Shown one piece after another: positions 10,037-19,862 of a stretch of 64,000 bases of DNA; within the stretch, counting starts at the first letter, position 1, and every line of letters begins with the position of its first letter. The stretch lies in IMG/VR virus record IMGVR_UViG_3300042545_000821, positions 36,770 to 100,769 of that record; one strand, written 5' to 3'. The notes beneath the pieces were generated by a model, which was not told the DNA's origin, searched no databases, and saw only the letters and a list, made by a program, of their open reading frames with translations. This stretch comes from a virus (Duplodnaviria; Caudoviricetes). Both the position numbers and the translations under genes were made by a program.

Positions 10037-10170
10037 TATTTCTTACCTTTCTTAGGTTTAGCGACTTTGTCTTTTCCTTTACCTTCAGGCACACAGTTTG
10101 GCACCTTCTTACCGTTTTGATTCTTCATACCAACCTGTACGTATCCGTCCCAGCAAGGATTCTTAGCCAT
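10036..10170 (-). CDS. small basic protein (44 aa, not in ORF track)
   Basis: MAKNPCWDGYVQVGMK...GKKVPNCVP, a motif recurrent in aquatic phage small proteins. Confidence 0.7.
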   Translation of the reverse strand: MAKNPCWDGYVQVGMKNQNGKKVPNCVPEGKGKDKVAKPKKGKK

Positions 10171-10379
10171 TATTTACCTTTCTTATGGGGGTTCTTCTTA
10201 TGCCAGTCTTTGGTGGCCTTAACGCCTTCCTTGACTGTCTTAGCCCCAGCTTTCTTAGTTAGATTAATCTTATCGTACTTTCCAGCCTTAGCGCTAGCTT
10301 CGTGGTCAACAATAATGTCGCCTTTTTTATTCTTCTTTATTGTGTGGCCTGCGCCACCTACTTTAATCTTAGATGGCAT
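10170..10379 (-). CDS. small basic hypothetical protein
   Basis: Lys-rich ORF; start moved to the ATG at 10379 that has a GGAG RBS. Confidence 0.7.
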   Translation of the reverse strand: MPSKIKVGGAGHTIKKNKKGDIIVDHEASAKAGKYDKINLTKKAGAKTVKEGVKATKDWHKKNPHKKGK

Positions 10380-10944
10380 CTCTAGCTCCAAACGCGGTGT
10401 AGTTGGCATATTTCTGGAATTGAGGGTCGTTGATCATTTCTTCAGAGTTTACCTGATTACAATCAATACTAAAAATGGTGTAGTCATCTACGATAATTCC
10501 TTTAGCAAATACCTGCTTAGGGGTAAATACCTGATTACGGAATACAATTCTATCTCTTAAATAAGAGTCCGGGTTTGTAGGGAGGTGCTTTAATTTAGGA
10601 ATAATTTGAGAGCCCGGCCCAGATAAACTTGAGCCGTCAATAATGTCCATATTAAGAGTTACCCTTAAAACGTCAGTATTGTAGAAACCTCTATCTCCTT
10701 GGACAGTTACTCCCTGGAATAGGGAGGCATTGACTACGGGGACGCTGTTTGGCCCGTCCCATCTACGCCCACCGCTATTACTTCCTACGTCATATATGGG
10801 ATCTACTACGCTCGTAGAGCTGTTGTAAAACCACCACTCAATGCTGTATCCGACCGTACGCACTACTTCTTTTGAGGTAGCAGAGATAATGGAGCCACGC
10901 TCATGTTCTACGTTAAAACGGCCTACCACTCTCTCCCCGCGCAT
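10369..10944 (-). CDS. head-tail adaptor / head closure-like protein
   Basis: Position in neck region; YLRDRIVFRNQVF motif. Confidence 0.5.
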   Translation of the reverse strand: MRGERVVGRFNVEHERGSIISATSKEVVRTVGYSIEWWFYNSSTSVVDPIYDVGSNSGGRRWDGPNSVPVVNASLFQGVTVQGDRGFYNTDVLRVTLNMDIIDGSSLSGPGSQIIPKLKHLPTNPDSYLRDRIVFRNQVFTPKQVFAKGIIVDDYTIFSIDCNQVNSEEMINDPQFQKYANYTAFGARDAI

Positions 10945-11153
10945 TAGTCCTCCTGAGGAGCGGTAAAAGTACCGGTCTCTGGATTATAGGTGCTGCTAAT
11001 AAATACCCCATTCTCTATATCGGTTACGTCAACCATTAGAGGCTCGCTTAAAAATATAGCAGCTAGACGGTCATCTGTGTGGATGATGTCTACTACCTCA
11101 TTGTCGATAATAAATGCAACTTTATTTGGGGGCAGATTAGGTGCAGTAGTCAT
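10944..11153 (-). CDS. small fibre-assembly helper-like protein
   Basis: VAFIIDNEVVDII...STYNPETGTFTAP; start moved to the TAATG-coupled ATG at 11153. Confidence 0.6.
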   Translation of the reverse strand: MTTAPNLPPNKVAFIIDNEVVDIIHTDDRLAAIFLSEPLMVDVTDIENGVFISSTYNPETGTFTAPQED

Positions 11154-11395
11154 TAGATCTCTTTCTTGTACGATATTTGTATGGCTTCCCACTTATGAAG
11201 TGGACAAGAAGCATTAGGTAGCTTTGTTTTTAATTTCATTATGCATCCACACTCTTTGCATTGCGAAGTAGACTTGATGAACCTATCACATCCGCGGCAT
11301 ATATCTAGACGTGTTTCAGCTATATCTGTTTCTACTCGGCCTATGTTTTTATTGAAAAGGTCCCATGGCCTAGCAGGTCTTGTATTTTCAGTCAT
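11153..11395 (-). CDS. small Cys-rich metal-binding protein (DUF6171-like)
   Basis: RL.ICxxC...CxxCGC.M.LKT.L....CP..KW. Confidence 0.75.
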   Translation of the reverse strand: MTENTRPARPWDLFNKNIGRVETDIAETRLDICRGCDRFIKSTSQCKECGCIMKLKTKLPNASCPLHKWEAIQISYKKEI

Positions 11396-11403
11396 TGCTC
11401 TCC

Positions 11404-13149
11404 TTAAATTGTTCCTAAGAAATTATCAAGTGTTGATCCTTGAGACCCTGATGATGGGGCCTTAATTATACCTACTGAAGTTCCTTTTGTAGGACTGGTA
11501 GGCGTAATAACTATATTTGAGCCTAGCTGACTTGTCAATCCCGCAGAGGCGTAGGCTTTAGCGGTAATCTGGTTTCCAACAGTAGATACTATCAAAGATC
11601 CTACACTTGTGTAGCCAGAGTTTGTGTTGGTAGCTAAGCGGGTAGCAGATTGAGAAACCACGTTTCCAGACACCGAGCTAACAATAACAAGGTCTGTGTG
11701 GTAAGTAGTATCTCCACCAGAGTAAGATACGCCTGAACAGCAACCAGATGGTGTACATCCTGCCCCTGAACAAGTAGCCTGTCCTCCAGAGCAAGAGCTG
11801 CTAGTCCCTATTTGATTTTGGTTTAATCCTCCACACGCACCGCCGGTATAACAGTTAAACCCTGTGCAAGAAGCAGACCCTGTGCAGCTACTAGTCTGTT
11901 GCGTAGTTCCGCAATAGTATGTTGTTGGGGTGGTTGTAACTTGCGTATGACAATTATAATAATTAACAGATTCTTGGCGCGTACTTTGATTCCAGTTTCC
12001 AATACATTTTCCAGAGGTAACTGTTGAAGTTTCGCAGTTTTCCCAACAAAAAATAGTTTGAGTGCTGCAGTTGCCAACGCAGCTTGTGGTAACACTATCA
12101 CTAGTTCTACAGCAAACAAAAGCCGCGTTTTGAATACACTGGCTGCTAGTTGAGTTAGGTACTACTACGCTACCTGGAGAACAACCATCTCCGCCATATT
12201 GTGGGTTTTCTGCGGGGTAGTAAGAAAATCCGCTACCCGCACTAGTTACTGATCCAGAACATTGTGTACCACATGCAGGAATACTATAAGTAGTGTATTG
12301 CACACTTCCTGAGCACTGTGTTCCGCATTGAGGTATGACATAGCTAGTTGTAGTGCTCGTAGTTTGCTCGCGCAATGTGCCGGGGCAACAATTAGACGAA
12401 GGGGTGCCTGTCCAACCTAAATAAGTGTTTGTATAGTCACAAAAAGAGTTGTCTACAGACGAGGTAGAAGTATACGCAAATGTAGCCCCGCAACCTGAAG
12501 CGCATTGGCTAAGAAGAACACCATTTTGAAAGTTACTGCAGTTTGAGGTTCCTGGTACGGAAGTAACCGGAGAACAGCATCCTGAAGGAAGGCACCCGGT
12601 ACCGCCACCAGCGCAAGGACTAGAACTTCCATAACTTTGACTTCCAGTACAAGCAGACCCAACTTGAGTTGTATTCCAAGTAGAGTAGTAATAACTAAAA
12701 GATTGAGTGGTTGTGCAACTTCCTACAATAGCTGACGTAGACTGAGTATATTGAGGGTATGTGGCCCACCAAGACCCGGAGTCTGTTATCCAAAAAACAG
12801 CACCGGTTCCACCTGAAACATCTGCACTTACAGAAACATCCGTGCTACCTAAATTAGCTGAAGCGATCGGGTAAGAGCTTGCTGCATCATCTGATATTGC
12901 TGAGTTGGACCCACTAATACGCCAGTTTCCACGAAGTGCTGTCCATACTTGTCCGCTGTCCGCGGTGCCTAGGCCAGTAGCAGTTGACGCCCTATTAAAT
13001 GCGTCTTGAACTTTAGAGGCAAACCATTGTCTCCACACTCCGTTAATTTTAATGAATGCCGAAGTAACCGTTTTCCATTGACCGTTTACTTTTACTGAAA
13101 GACCAGATGCGGTCCTCCAGGCACCATTAACCTTGGAATTACCTGGCAT
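11404..13149 (-). CDS. Cys-rich tail fibre / receptor-binding-like protein
   Basis: N-terminal KVNG.W repeats typical of fibre tips; lectin-like flanks; central region with 36 Cys. Confidence 0.65.
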   Translation of the reverse strand: MPGNSKVNGAWRTASGLSVKVNGQWKTVTSAFIKINGVWRQWFASKVQDAFNRASTATGLGTADSGQVWTALRGNWRISGSNSAISDDAASSYPIASANLGSTDVSVSADVSGGTGAVFWITDSGSWWATYPQYTQSTSAIVGSCTTTQSFSYYYSTWNTTQVGSACTGSQSYGSSSPCAGGGTGCLPSGCCSPVTSVPGTSNCSNFQNGVLLSQCASGCGATFAYTSTSSVDNSFCDYTNTYLGWTGTPSSNCCPGTLREQTTSTTTSYVIPQCGTQCSGSVQYTTYSIPACGTQCSGSVTSAGSGFSYYPAENPQYGGDGCSPGSVVVPNSTSSQCIQNAAFVCCRTSDSVTTSCVGNCSTQTIFCWENCETSTVTSGKCIGNWNQSTRQESVNYYNCHTQVTTTPTTYYCGTTQQTSSCTGSASCTGFNCYTGGACGGLNQNQIGTSSSCSGGQATCSGAGCTPSGCCSGVSYSGGDTTYHTDLVIVSSVSGNVVSQSATRLATNTNSGYTSVGSLIVSTVGNQITAKAYASAGLTSQLGSNIVITPTSPTKGTSVGIIKAPSSGSQGSTLDNFLGTI

Positions 13150-13385
13150 TATACGTACTGCACCCAGATATCTCCATCAATGCCTTGACCTGAAGTCGGA
13201 GCATTTGCAGATGAATGAATGTTTCTAACTACTGCCAAAGAAGTAGATGCGGTAGTAACTGCTCCGTTTACAACGTTAACGGCCCCAATAGCTGCAGGAG
13301 TAATGCCTAAACTAGCTGGGTTTAATTGTGGGCTACCAAATGCTTCCCATTGTCCTGTAGATACGTCATAGCGCTTAATAGCCAT
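13149..13385 (-). CDS. small tail fibre component
   Basis: APTSGQGIDGDIWVQY fibre repeat motif. Confidence 0.6.
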   Translation of the reverse strand: MAIKRYDVSTGQWEAFGSPQLNPASLGITPAAIGAVNVVNGAVTTASTSLAVVRNIHSSANAPTSGQGIDGDIWVQYV

Positions 13386-13954
13386 TAGTTAACTCCATAC
13401 ACTAGTGCTGTACCACCAGAAAACGTTCCAGTGGATAAAGAGATTGTCATTTTTGTTAGGGCAGTAATTTGAGTGTATGCTTTTGTATCATCTAGCAAGG
13501 TTACTGCGTTAGAGTTATTGGTGTATACGCCCTTTAAATATCCCCAAGAAAAGCTTGCAGGATCTTGGGTATCAACAATATCTACTGTCCAATGGTTTGT
13601 CGTTACCGCTGGCTTAACGTTTGGAATAGTAAATAAAGCGGATCCGGTACTGTAGTTAGTAACGTCATCATTAAGAGTTATACTTACTGTTGCATTAACA
13701 GACGGCTGTACTCCTCGGAATACTACGTACACATCTTTGTACACAGTTAGGATAGATAAGTCAACAAAAGCCCCAGTCAAACTGACGCTAGAAATTAAGT
13801 TTTTACCCGCATTGTTAAACGGGTCAGAGTCAACCCAAATATCTCCGTCTATAGGAGACGCTGGAGTATTAGGGCCTACGAATATTCGTTTACCTTTACG
13901 ATCATCAGTAAATTGCAATGGGCCAAGGTGCTGGCCGTTATTTTGTACCGCCAT
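13385..13954 (-). CDS. tail fibre-associated protein
   Basis: PASPIDGDIWVD motif; C-terminal GTFSGGT.LVYGV. Confidence 0.6.
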   Translation of the reverse strand: MAVQNNGQHLGPLQFTDDRKGKRIFVGPNTPASPIDGDIWVDSDPFNNAGKNLISSVSLTGAFVDLSILTVYKDVYVVFRGVQPSVNATVSITLNDDVTNYSTGSALFTIPNVKPAVTTNHWTVDIVDTQDPASFSWGYLKGVYTNNSNAVTLLDDTKAYTQITALTKMTISLSTGTFSGGTALVYGVN

Positions 13955-14292
13955 TACGCACCAATTTCAGAGCCGAATGCTTGGAAGCTAAGGTTGGCTG
14001 TAGAAGCTACGACTGTTATTGAGTCGGTAGTTGAAAGGGTTACGCCGAGGGTAAAGGTGGTAGTAGTATTACCGGGGATAACTGCATCGTAAGCAAGATA
14101 CTGCTTATCCGCTAGGGTTGAATTATCTTCACGTATAGCTATACGGTAGGTTGCCGAAGATGAGCCTCGGTTGCATATAGCTATAGTTGAGACCACAGCG
14201 CTTCCTGTAGATCCCACAGCGTATAGCTGAGTTCCTCCGGAAACATTAGCTGCAGGCGCAACTTGGCCAAGAATTTTATATATTGTTGCCAA
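13954..14292 (-). CDS. virion structural protein
   Basis: YKILGQ..P....LY.V....VVSTI.ICN...FQAFGSEI family; TTG start with GGAG RBS. Confidence 0.6.
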   Translation of the reverse strand: MATIYKILGQVAPAANVSGGTQLYAVGSTGSAVVSTIAICNRGSSSATYRIAIREDNSTLADKQYLAYDAVIPGNTTTTFTLGVTLSTTDSITVVASTANLSFQAFGSEIGA

Positions 14293-14418
14293 GGGATGGC
14301 TCCTTTAAGTAGGACGGGTCAGTTGAGCTAAATTCTACAGCTTTAAGGCCCATATTGTGCTCTTTATCCTATGGGTGATTGGGGGACCTTCTAGGCCTGT
14401 GAGGGGGCTGCTAGATCC

Positions 14419-14934
14419 TCAGCCGTTAGGGCTAAATTTAGTAGATTCATCGCCAAAAACAAAGGTTGTTATTGAGTACCTTTCTCTTTCTAAAACTGGA
14501 AATACTTGATGCTTAAGGTGGGCTTTGTGAATAACCATGCTTCCTTGCCTTGGGGTAACGCTTAGACCAAGAGTTGGGTATATCAACTCTCCCCCAGTAA
14601 AGTCGTCATTTAAATAAATAGCAATACCAAAAACTATTTTTCTTGGGTCATCGGGGTTTCCGCCATCTTCATGCGGCCACATAAACTCTGAATTTCTTAA
14701 CCTTCGTAAATCTCTAGAATAGGTTATTGACTCTATATTAATAAAAAGTGTTTCAATAGTTTCATACACATTGTTCATTTTAAGCAATGACTCATCACTT
14801 ATAGATTTAACTGTATTTCCTACGTGCGTAGTATCCCAATCAATATCTAGTTGAGCCTCAGATACAAGGGTACTTCTCAGCTCTTCATCTAAAAACCCCT
14901 CAATTTCGTACACACCTTCTCCGTGCTTTATCAT
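14419..14934 (-). CDS. 2OG-Fe(II) oxygenase, prolyl-4-hydroxylase-like
   Basis: HED...YLNDDFTGGEL...HQV...RYS. Confidence 0.88.
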   Translation of the reverse strand: MIKHGEGVYEIEGFLDEELRSTLVSEAQLDIDWDTTHVGNTVKSISDESLLKMNNVYETIETLFINIESITYSRDLRRLRNSEFMWPHEDGGNPDDPRKIVFGIAIYLNDDFTGGELIYPTLGLSVTPRQGSMVIHKAHLKHQVFPVLERERYSITTFVFGDESTKFSPNG

Positions 14935-14936
14935 GA

Positions 14937-15605
14937 TTAGTTATACTTGCTACTGTTGATGTGGCAAATTTCAATTTCATTTATATTAACATGGTTTGGT
15001 AACGACCCTACCCAGTAGATAGCTTCTGCTAAATCCTCTGCAGTTAAGGCGTAGTCTCGTTTTTGCTCTTGGGTATCAATGGTCGCTGGACAAATTTCTG
15101 TAATTTTAATGCCAAATTGAGGAAACTCAAGCCTCATTGTGTCGATTAGGCCGCGCTCACCCCGCTTGGCGTTTGTGTAATTTCCACCGCCACGATAGGG
15201 CACCTTGCCTCCAAAAGAAGTAATAAAGACAATTGTTGGAGAATCTGACTTTTCCATGCAGGGTACAAATAGTTGGGAAAGGTACATAGGCCCAGATACG
15301 TTTATATCGTAGGCGCGTCTAAAGTTATCCATGGTTTCATTAATAATACTAGTTGGGTCAGAGCCACCACCAGCATTGTTAACTAAAAGGTCTAGGGTTA
15401 TGTCTTTGTACTGCTCATAGAAGATCTCTATTGCTTTAGAGTCTGTTACGTCTAAGCTATATACCTCAACGTTATCAGATACAAGCTCAGATACTTTGGA
15501 AAGATTTCTTGAAACAGCAATAACCTTATAGCCATTTTCAGATAGGCGTTTAACTGTTGCTAACCCCACACCTTTGCTTGCTCCAGTTACAATAGCTGTT
15601 TTCAT
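14937..15605 (-). CDS. short-chain dehydrogenase/reductase
   Basis: TGASKGVG, NNAGG, catalytic YTNAK. Confidence 0.93.
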   Translation of the reverse strand: MKTAIVTGASKGVGLATVKRLSENGYKVIAVSRNLSKVSELVSDNVEVYSLDVTDSKAIEIFYEQYKDITLDLLVNNAGGGSDPTSIINETMDNFRRAYDINVSGPMYLSQLFVPCMEKSDSPTIVFITSFGGKVPYRGGGNYTNAKRGERGLIDTMRLEFPQFGIKITEICPATIDTQEQKRDYALTAEDLAEAIYWVGSLPNHVNINEIEICHINSSKYN

Positions 15606-15606
15606 A

Positions 15607-16233
15607 TTAATGAATCCAGTGTTGGGGCACCATTATCTTTTCGCCACTCTTCACTAGGTGTGCAGTGTGGTGGTATGGTGGAGATGGTGGGAAAACAATA
15701 ATGCTTCCAGCTTTTGGTTTGATAGCAAAAGTATAGCTTTTGTCTTGTGTTGCAATTTCAAAGTCAGGGTTTGGGCTAGCTAGAGTTAGTATTCCTTCTG
15801 GGGAAGCAATAGTAAAAGATAGCTCTCCACCCTCATAGTCGTCATTTAAGTACATAACAAAAGATACTTTAAGACGGCCATCCCCCTCTTGTTGGTCAAA
15901 GTGGGCACCCATATATGTGCCTGCCTTATACTTTTTAATCGGATACATTGGAAATAGTTTAGGCTCATCTGTGATGCCGTGAGCTGCTGCATAATCTTTT
16001 GCTACATCATAAAAAGCTTTTTGTAATGTAGAGTAGATATAAGTCTTCTGGATATCTGACGGGTCTGCAAAAATACTTTTATCTGTTCCATAGACATACG
16101 CTTCCCCACTACACGCCATCCATTCGCCCCAAGGATTTTCGTTGTCCTGGTCAATTGCATCAACAAGCTTCTTTGGGTCTTCAATTACGTTTGTGTAGTA
16201 GTAAACTTTTTCTTCAAGTATTTCTCTGTCCAT
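15607..16233 (-). CDS. 2OG-Fe(II) oxygenase, prolyl-4-hydroxylase-like
   Basis: HFD...YLNDDYEGGEL...HTAH...K; start moved to MDREIL with AAGGA RBS. Confidence 0.88.
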   Translation of the reverse strand: MDREILEEKVYYYTNVIEDPKKLVDAIDQDNENPWGEWMACSGEAYVYGTDKSIFADPSDIQKTYIYSTLQKAFYDVAKDYAAAHGITDEPKLFPMYPIKKYKAGTYMGAHFDQQEGDGRLKVSFVMYLNDDYEGGELSFTIASPEGILTLASPNPDFEIATQDKSYTFAIKPKAGSIIVFPPSPPYHHTAHLVKSGEKIMVPQHWIH

Positions 16234-16243
16234 TTTGCGTCCT

Positions 16244-16903
16244 TTAGTACTTATTCTTTTGATAGTGGTCTTTTTCTTTAATGAATCCCACAAGAACATA
16301 TCTTATGGGCCCATCCCCTACATGCTTGACTCCGTGCTCATACTCTTCGTTACCTGGAAAAAATAACATAGTTCCTGGTTTAGGCTTTAACTGGATATCA
16401 AGGTTTGGAAAAAATAATTCGCCGTCTGCATAGTTATCATTAATATATACAATTGTAGCGTATTTTATAGATGGGTCTGTTTTTTGATCCGTATGCGCTT
16501 TTAACTCTACCCCTGGTTGCATCCGCTGAATTGTTGCAAAACCACTTAAAATTAATTCCGGGTCGGCTTTGACTACCATTGAGTTTACAACATCATATAG
16601 GGGCCTTTGAATCTCATGATGCAAAATATTAAAGTTTTTATCTTTCCAATTTTGAGTAATTTCAAACTTACCCTCAGCAACTAAGTTTTCTACATCATCT
16701 CTGCCAAATTTTTCCATGCAAAACCATTTTAAGTTTGCGTGGTACTCTACTTCCCAGTCTTCTTGGGGGGTGCTATGTATAATATCCCAAAAAGTATCTA
16801 TTTGATCTTGTGATAAAAAGTTGTCCACAGAAAATAGTTCTGAGGTAATGTCTGTAACTACGTACCCGCTATCTATTAGCTGTTGTTTAAAAGACTCAAT
16901 CAT
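16244..16903 (-). CDS. 2OG-Fe(II) oxygenase, prolyl-4-hydroxylase-like
   Basis: HTD...YINDNYADGELFF...HGV...RY; start moved to MIESF. Confidence 0.88.
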   Translation of the reverse strand: MIESFKQQLIDSGYVVTDITSELFSVDNFLSQDQIDTFWDIIHSTPQEDWEVEYHANLKWFCMEKFGRDDVENLVAEGKFEITQNWKDKNFNILHHEIQRPLYDVVNSMVVKADPELILSGFATIQRMQPGVELKAHTDQKTDPSIKYATIVYINDNYADGELFFPNLDIQLKPKPGTMLFFPGNEEYEHGVKHVGDGPIRYVLVGFIKEKDHYQKNKY

Positions 16904-17651
16904 TTGCAACATCCTCTATTTTGTATTTATTCCCGGCTGCGTCTAGCTTCCAGCCTTGCTTAAGGAGCTCTTGCCACTCTGCTCGTTCAATCTCTTGTTG
17001 CGCTCTAGTGGCCTTCATCTCTTCAGCCCATGCATCTCGCACCTCTTGTGGGTACGCTGACTCTTCTCGGTCATCCCAGAAAGAACCAATGGTGTATCTG
17101 ACACCACCTGTAATAAGAGATACTTCGTGCATATTGTTAAACCCGCCGTCAAATACAGCGAGCAGCCCAACTTCTGGTTTAATCTCTAGGTTTTGTGCTG
17201 GGAACCGTAAAAGTCCACCTTCAAAATCATCGTTTAAGTATAGAAACCCTGCGTAGCGGCTTCTTGTAAACGCACCTGAGTTTCCTTCAGCATCTGTGTT
17301 GTCAGAGTGAATTCTTGCGTATGCTCCTGGCTCCCACTTCTGTGTGTGGTAACCAATTTTACAGATTGTTTTTGGGTCAAGGTCGTGGACTGAAGCAATT
17401 GCTTCAGGCATTGCCTTTTCAATATCTGAAAATATAGTTGGGGATAAACCAGCGTCAATAACTTCTTGGTCGTTGTCTTGTGGCAAAACTGAAGAATATG
17501 ACTCATAAAATGAAATAGGCATCCAAGAAATTGCCCCATTGTCTGCCTGAGCATCTAAGGCCTGGATCATCTTTTTGCAGTCTTCTTTGCCTATAAAATT
17601 TTTATAAACAACTATATCTTTTGTTATTCTTGTTTTGTTTTCCAAGTTCAT
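16896..17651 (-). CDS. 2OG-Fe(II) oxygenase, prolyl-4-hydroxylase-like
   Basis: HSD...YLNDDFEGG...HEV...RYT. Confidence 0.88.
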   Translation of the reverse strand: MNLENKTRITKDIVVYKNFIGKEDCKKMIQALDAQADNGAISWMPISFYESYSSVLPQDNDQEVIDAGLSPTIFSDIEKAMPEAIASVHDLDPKTICKIGYHTQKWEPGAYARIHSDNTDAEGNSGAFTRSRYAGFLYLNDDFEGGLLRFPAQNLEIKPEVGLLAVFDGGFNNMHEVSLITGGVRYTIGSFWDDREESAYPQEVRDAWAEEMKATRAQQEIERAEWQELLKQGWKLDAAGNKYKIEDVAND

Positions 17652-17667
17652 TGTGCTTTTACTCCGT

Positions 17668-18441
17668 CTAGTTATTTATAAGGGATTTGTCTCCAGCAAG
17701 AAGTTTTTCTATCTCCTGTTGAACAAGGGCATACTCTTCATCAAACACTTCTGGGGTTCTTCCTTCTCCCATAGCGGCAGGGGTCCCTTTAGCTATTAAA
17801 TCTTCTTTTAGTGTCTTTTCAATATCATAATTTAACACTGTGCACTGAAACCAGTTGGCTACATACCCATCTTTATCAATAAGGTACTTTTCAAAGTTTC
17901 CGCCCTGCATTGCGCCGTTACCAAAAGGCTGATTTAACCAAGGTGACAAATAACCATCTCTGTCTGGAATGCCGAGTTCTCTTTGTTTTTCAGCAAACAC
18001 AAGCATTTGCTCGGCTATTTCTTTGTATAGCTCATGAGTTTCTTTTCGTGGTTGACCTAGGCCGTTTACAGAGCTATCGCCCTTGTGAGGGCTAAGCTCA
18101 GTAGCACTCTCATTTGGGTTTGACGACACCATCTCTGAGAACTTAAACGTGGTTCCGTAGACTTCTTGACCATACTCTTGTGAATCTAAGCCACAGGTAA
18201 TGCCTTCAGACCACTTGCCCTTAGTTACTCCTGGGCCACAATAGTCATTAGTAGGGATAGCAATAACTTGAAAATCATCTCCGCCGTACTTATCTTGAAG
18301 CCATTGAAGAACTTCCATTTGATTAGCGTTACCACAGCCTACGGTTGTATTAGCCAGTAGGGTGACTTTACCCTTAAATTGACTTAAGAAGTCAGGGGAT
18401 CCCTCAGCAGAGTTAAGCGGGATGTCGTAAATTGATTTCAT
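17668..18441 (-). CDS. glutathione peroxidase-like thiol peroxidase
   Basis: KGKV.L.ANT..GCG..NQ, F.VIAIPTND, NFEKYLIDKDG match GPx motifs. Confidence 0.85.
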   Translation of the reverse strand: MKSIYDIPLNSAEGSPDFLSQFKGKVTLLANTTVGCGNANQMEVLQWLQDKYGGDDFQVIAIPTNDYCGPGVTKGKWSEGITCGLDSQEYGQEVYGTTFKFSEMVSSNPNESATELSPHKGDSSVNGLGQPRKETHELYKEIAEQMLVFAEKQRELGIPDRDGYLSPWLNQPFGNGAMQGGNFEKYLIDKDGYVANWFQCTVLNYDIEKTLKEDLIAKGTPAAMGEGRTPEVFDEEYALVQQEIEKLLAGDKSLINN

Positions 18442-18462
18442 ATGTTTTATTGTACACCGTCA

Positions 18463-19149
18463 TTACGGCTTTCTATCCCCTGTATGCGCCGTAATTTCCC
18501 AAAAGAAGGGGCACGTAAATCTTAGGCCACTCTTGATCTCAGTAACCCCGTGAATGTAGTTTTTGTCGCCGGGGAAGAAGTAGGCGGCGCCCTTTTTAGG
18601 CTTAAACTGCACGCCCTGTAGCGGGAAGTACAGCTCCCCGCCCTCATAGTCGTCGTTTAGATAAAACAAACTTGATAGGTCGTAGTTTGGGAAGTCGTTA
18701 GGTGTTCCGGCGTCAGGGCCCTCGTGAAGCTCTTTATCAGCGTGTGGTTTTTGAAACTGCCCAGGAAGCCATTTAACAATAGTTGTACCAGTTGGTATAA
18801 CCTCTACCTTGTAGAACTCTTCAATAATTGGTCGTAGTCTTTGAAATAGCCCAGCAATTACTGGAGATATTTTTGGGTCATTTTTATCTAAAGTTGGCTG
18901 AGTTGCAACCCTATCTTTCCAATAATCTGAGTCGTAGGTAACGGTCCCATTCTCATTTGTATGGCTTTGCGTTACATCCCAAATTGTTAAAGACTTAGCG
19001 GCTTTCTCTAAAAACTCTATCTCTTCTTGGGTCATAAAGTTCTCTAGCTCAACAATCATGTCTTTGCTGTCCCCAAACCATCCTGAGGGAGTCATAGATG
19101 GCGTTCTTTTTGCTACAGTGTACGAGTCTTTATCTTGTTCCATATTCAT
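18463..19149 (-). CDS. 2OG-Fe(II) oxygenase, prolyl-4-hydroxylase-like
   Basis: HAD...YLNDDYEGGELYF...HGV...RFT. Confidence 0.88.
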   Translation of the reverse strand: MNMEQDKDSYTVAKRTPSMTPSGWFGDSKDMIVELENFMTQEEIEFLEKAAKSLTIWDVTQSHTNENGTVTYDSDYWKDRVATQPTLDKNDPKISPVIAGLFQRLRPIIEEFYKVEVIPTGTTIVKWLPGQFQKPHADKELHEGPDAGTPNDFPNYDLSSLFYLNDDYEGGELYFPLQGVQFKPKKGAAYFFPGDKNYIHGVTEIKSGLRFTCPFFWEITAHTGDRKP

Positions 19150-19862
19150 AGTATATCTCTTTTCGTTTTATCTATTACTCCTAATTTTAATGTTTTTACT
19201 TCGTGAGAGCCTTGAGATTCTTTTTTCTCATTTACAGCATCTCTATACCAGTCTGTCCATTTTCCAGACGAGTTTATTTCTTGTGCGGCAGATCCATAGG
19301 ACATGTTTGCATTTAGTCTTTTTCTATCTGGATCTTGGTACTCAACAATCTCAATATTTGTCCCATTTAAATTTGACAAAGATATGGGAATAATTGTGGC
19401 AACCGGAGTTCCCGCTTTAATAATTACCCGCTTATTGGCAACCTTTGCCTTAATAGCTAAGGGCAAAGGGTTGTCATAAAAAGAGGTACTAATTAAAGAC
19501 GACATTGTCTCAAATTCGTCACTAAAGTAATTTACTGGGTTAATGGTAAAAATACTAACATCCTGATCTGTTCTAAAAACTAACCCGGTATTTAGGCTTA
19601 TAGAGGACTGACCCCTTCCAGAGTAGGCCCCTTCTGGACTAAATACTTGTACACGATCTGGGGTTTGGTCATTTACCCCATCCCAAATAAACTCAATATC
19701 TTGTAGACAAGACAGGCTCCAGCCAATCACATTTGATTGGGTTACTGGAAAACACCTATAGGCATGGTTCTCTGATGTTGCATCCATCCAATCTCTTTTA
19801 ATCGACATAGGTTGAATGTCAAACAAAGCTCCTTGTGTCTTCTCAACTGAGATATTAAACAT
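19146..19862 (-). CDS. DUF6065-like protein
   Basis: RDWMD....HAYRCFP....N..GW signature. Confidence 0.65.
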   Translation of the reverse strand: MFNISVEKTQGALFDIQPMSIKRDWMDATSENHAYRCFPVTQSNVIGWSLSCLQDIEFIWDGVNDQTPDRVQVFSPEGAYSGRGQSSISLNTGLVFRTDQDVSIFTINPVNYFSDEFETMSSLISTSFYDNPLPLAIKAKVANKRVIIKAGTPVATIIPISLSNLNGTNIEIVEYQDPDRKRLNANMSYGSAAQEINSSGKWTDWYRDAVNEKKESQGSHEVKTLKLGVIDKTKRDIL

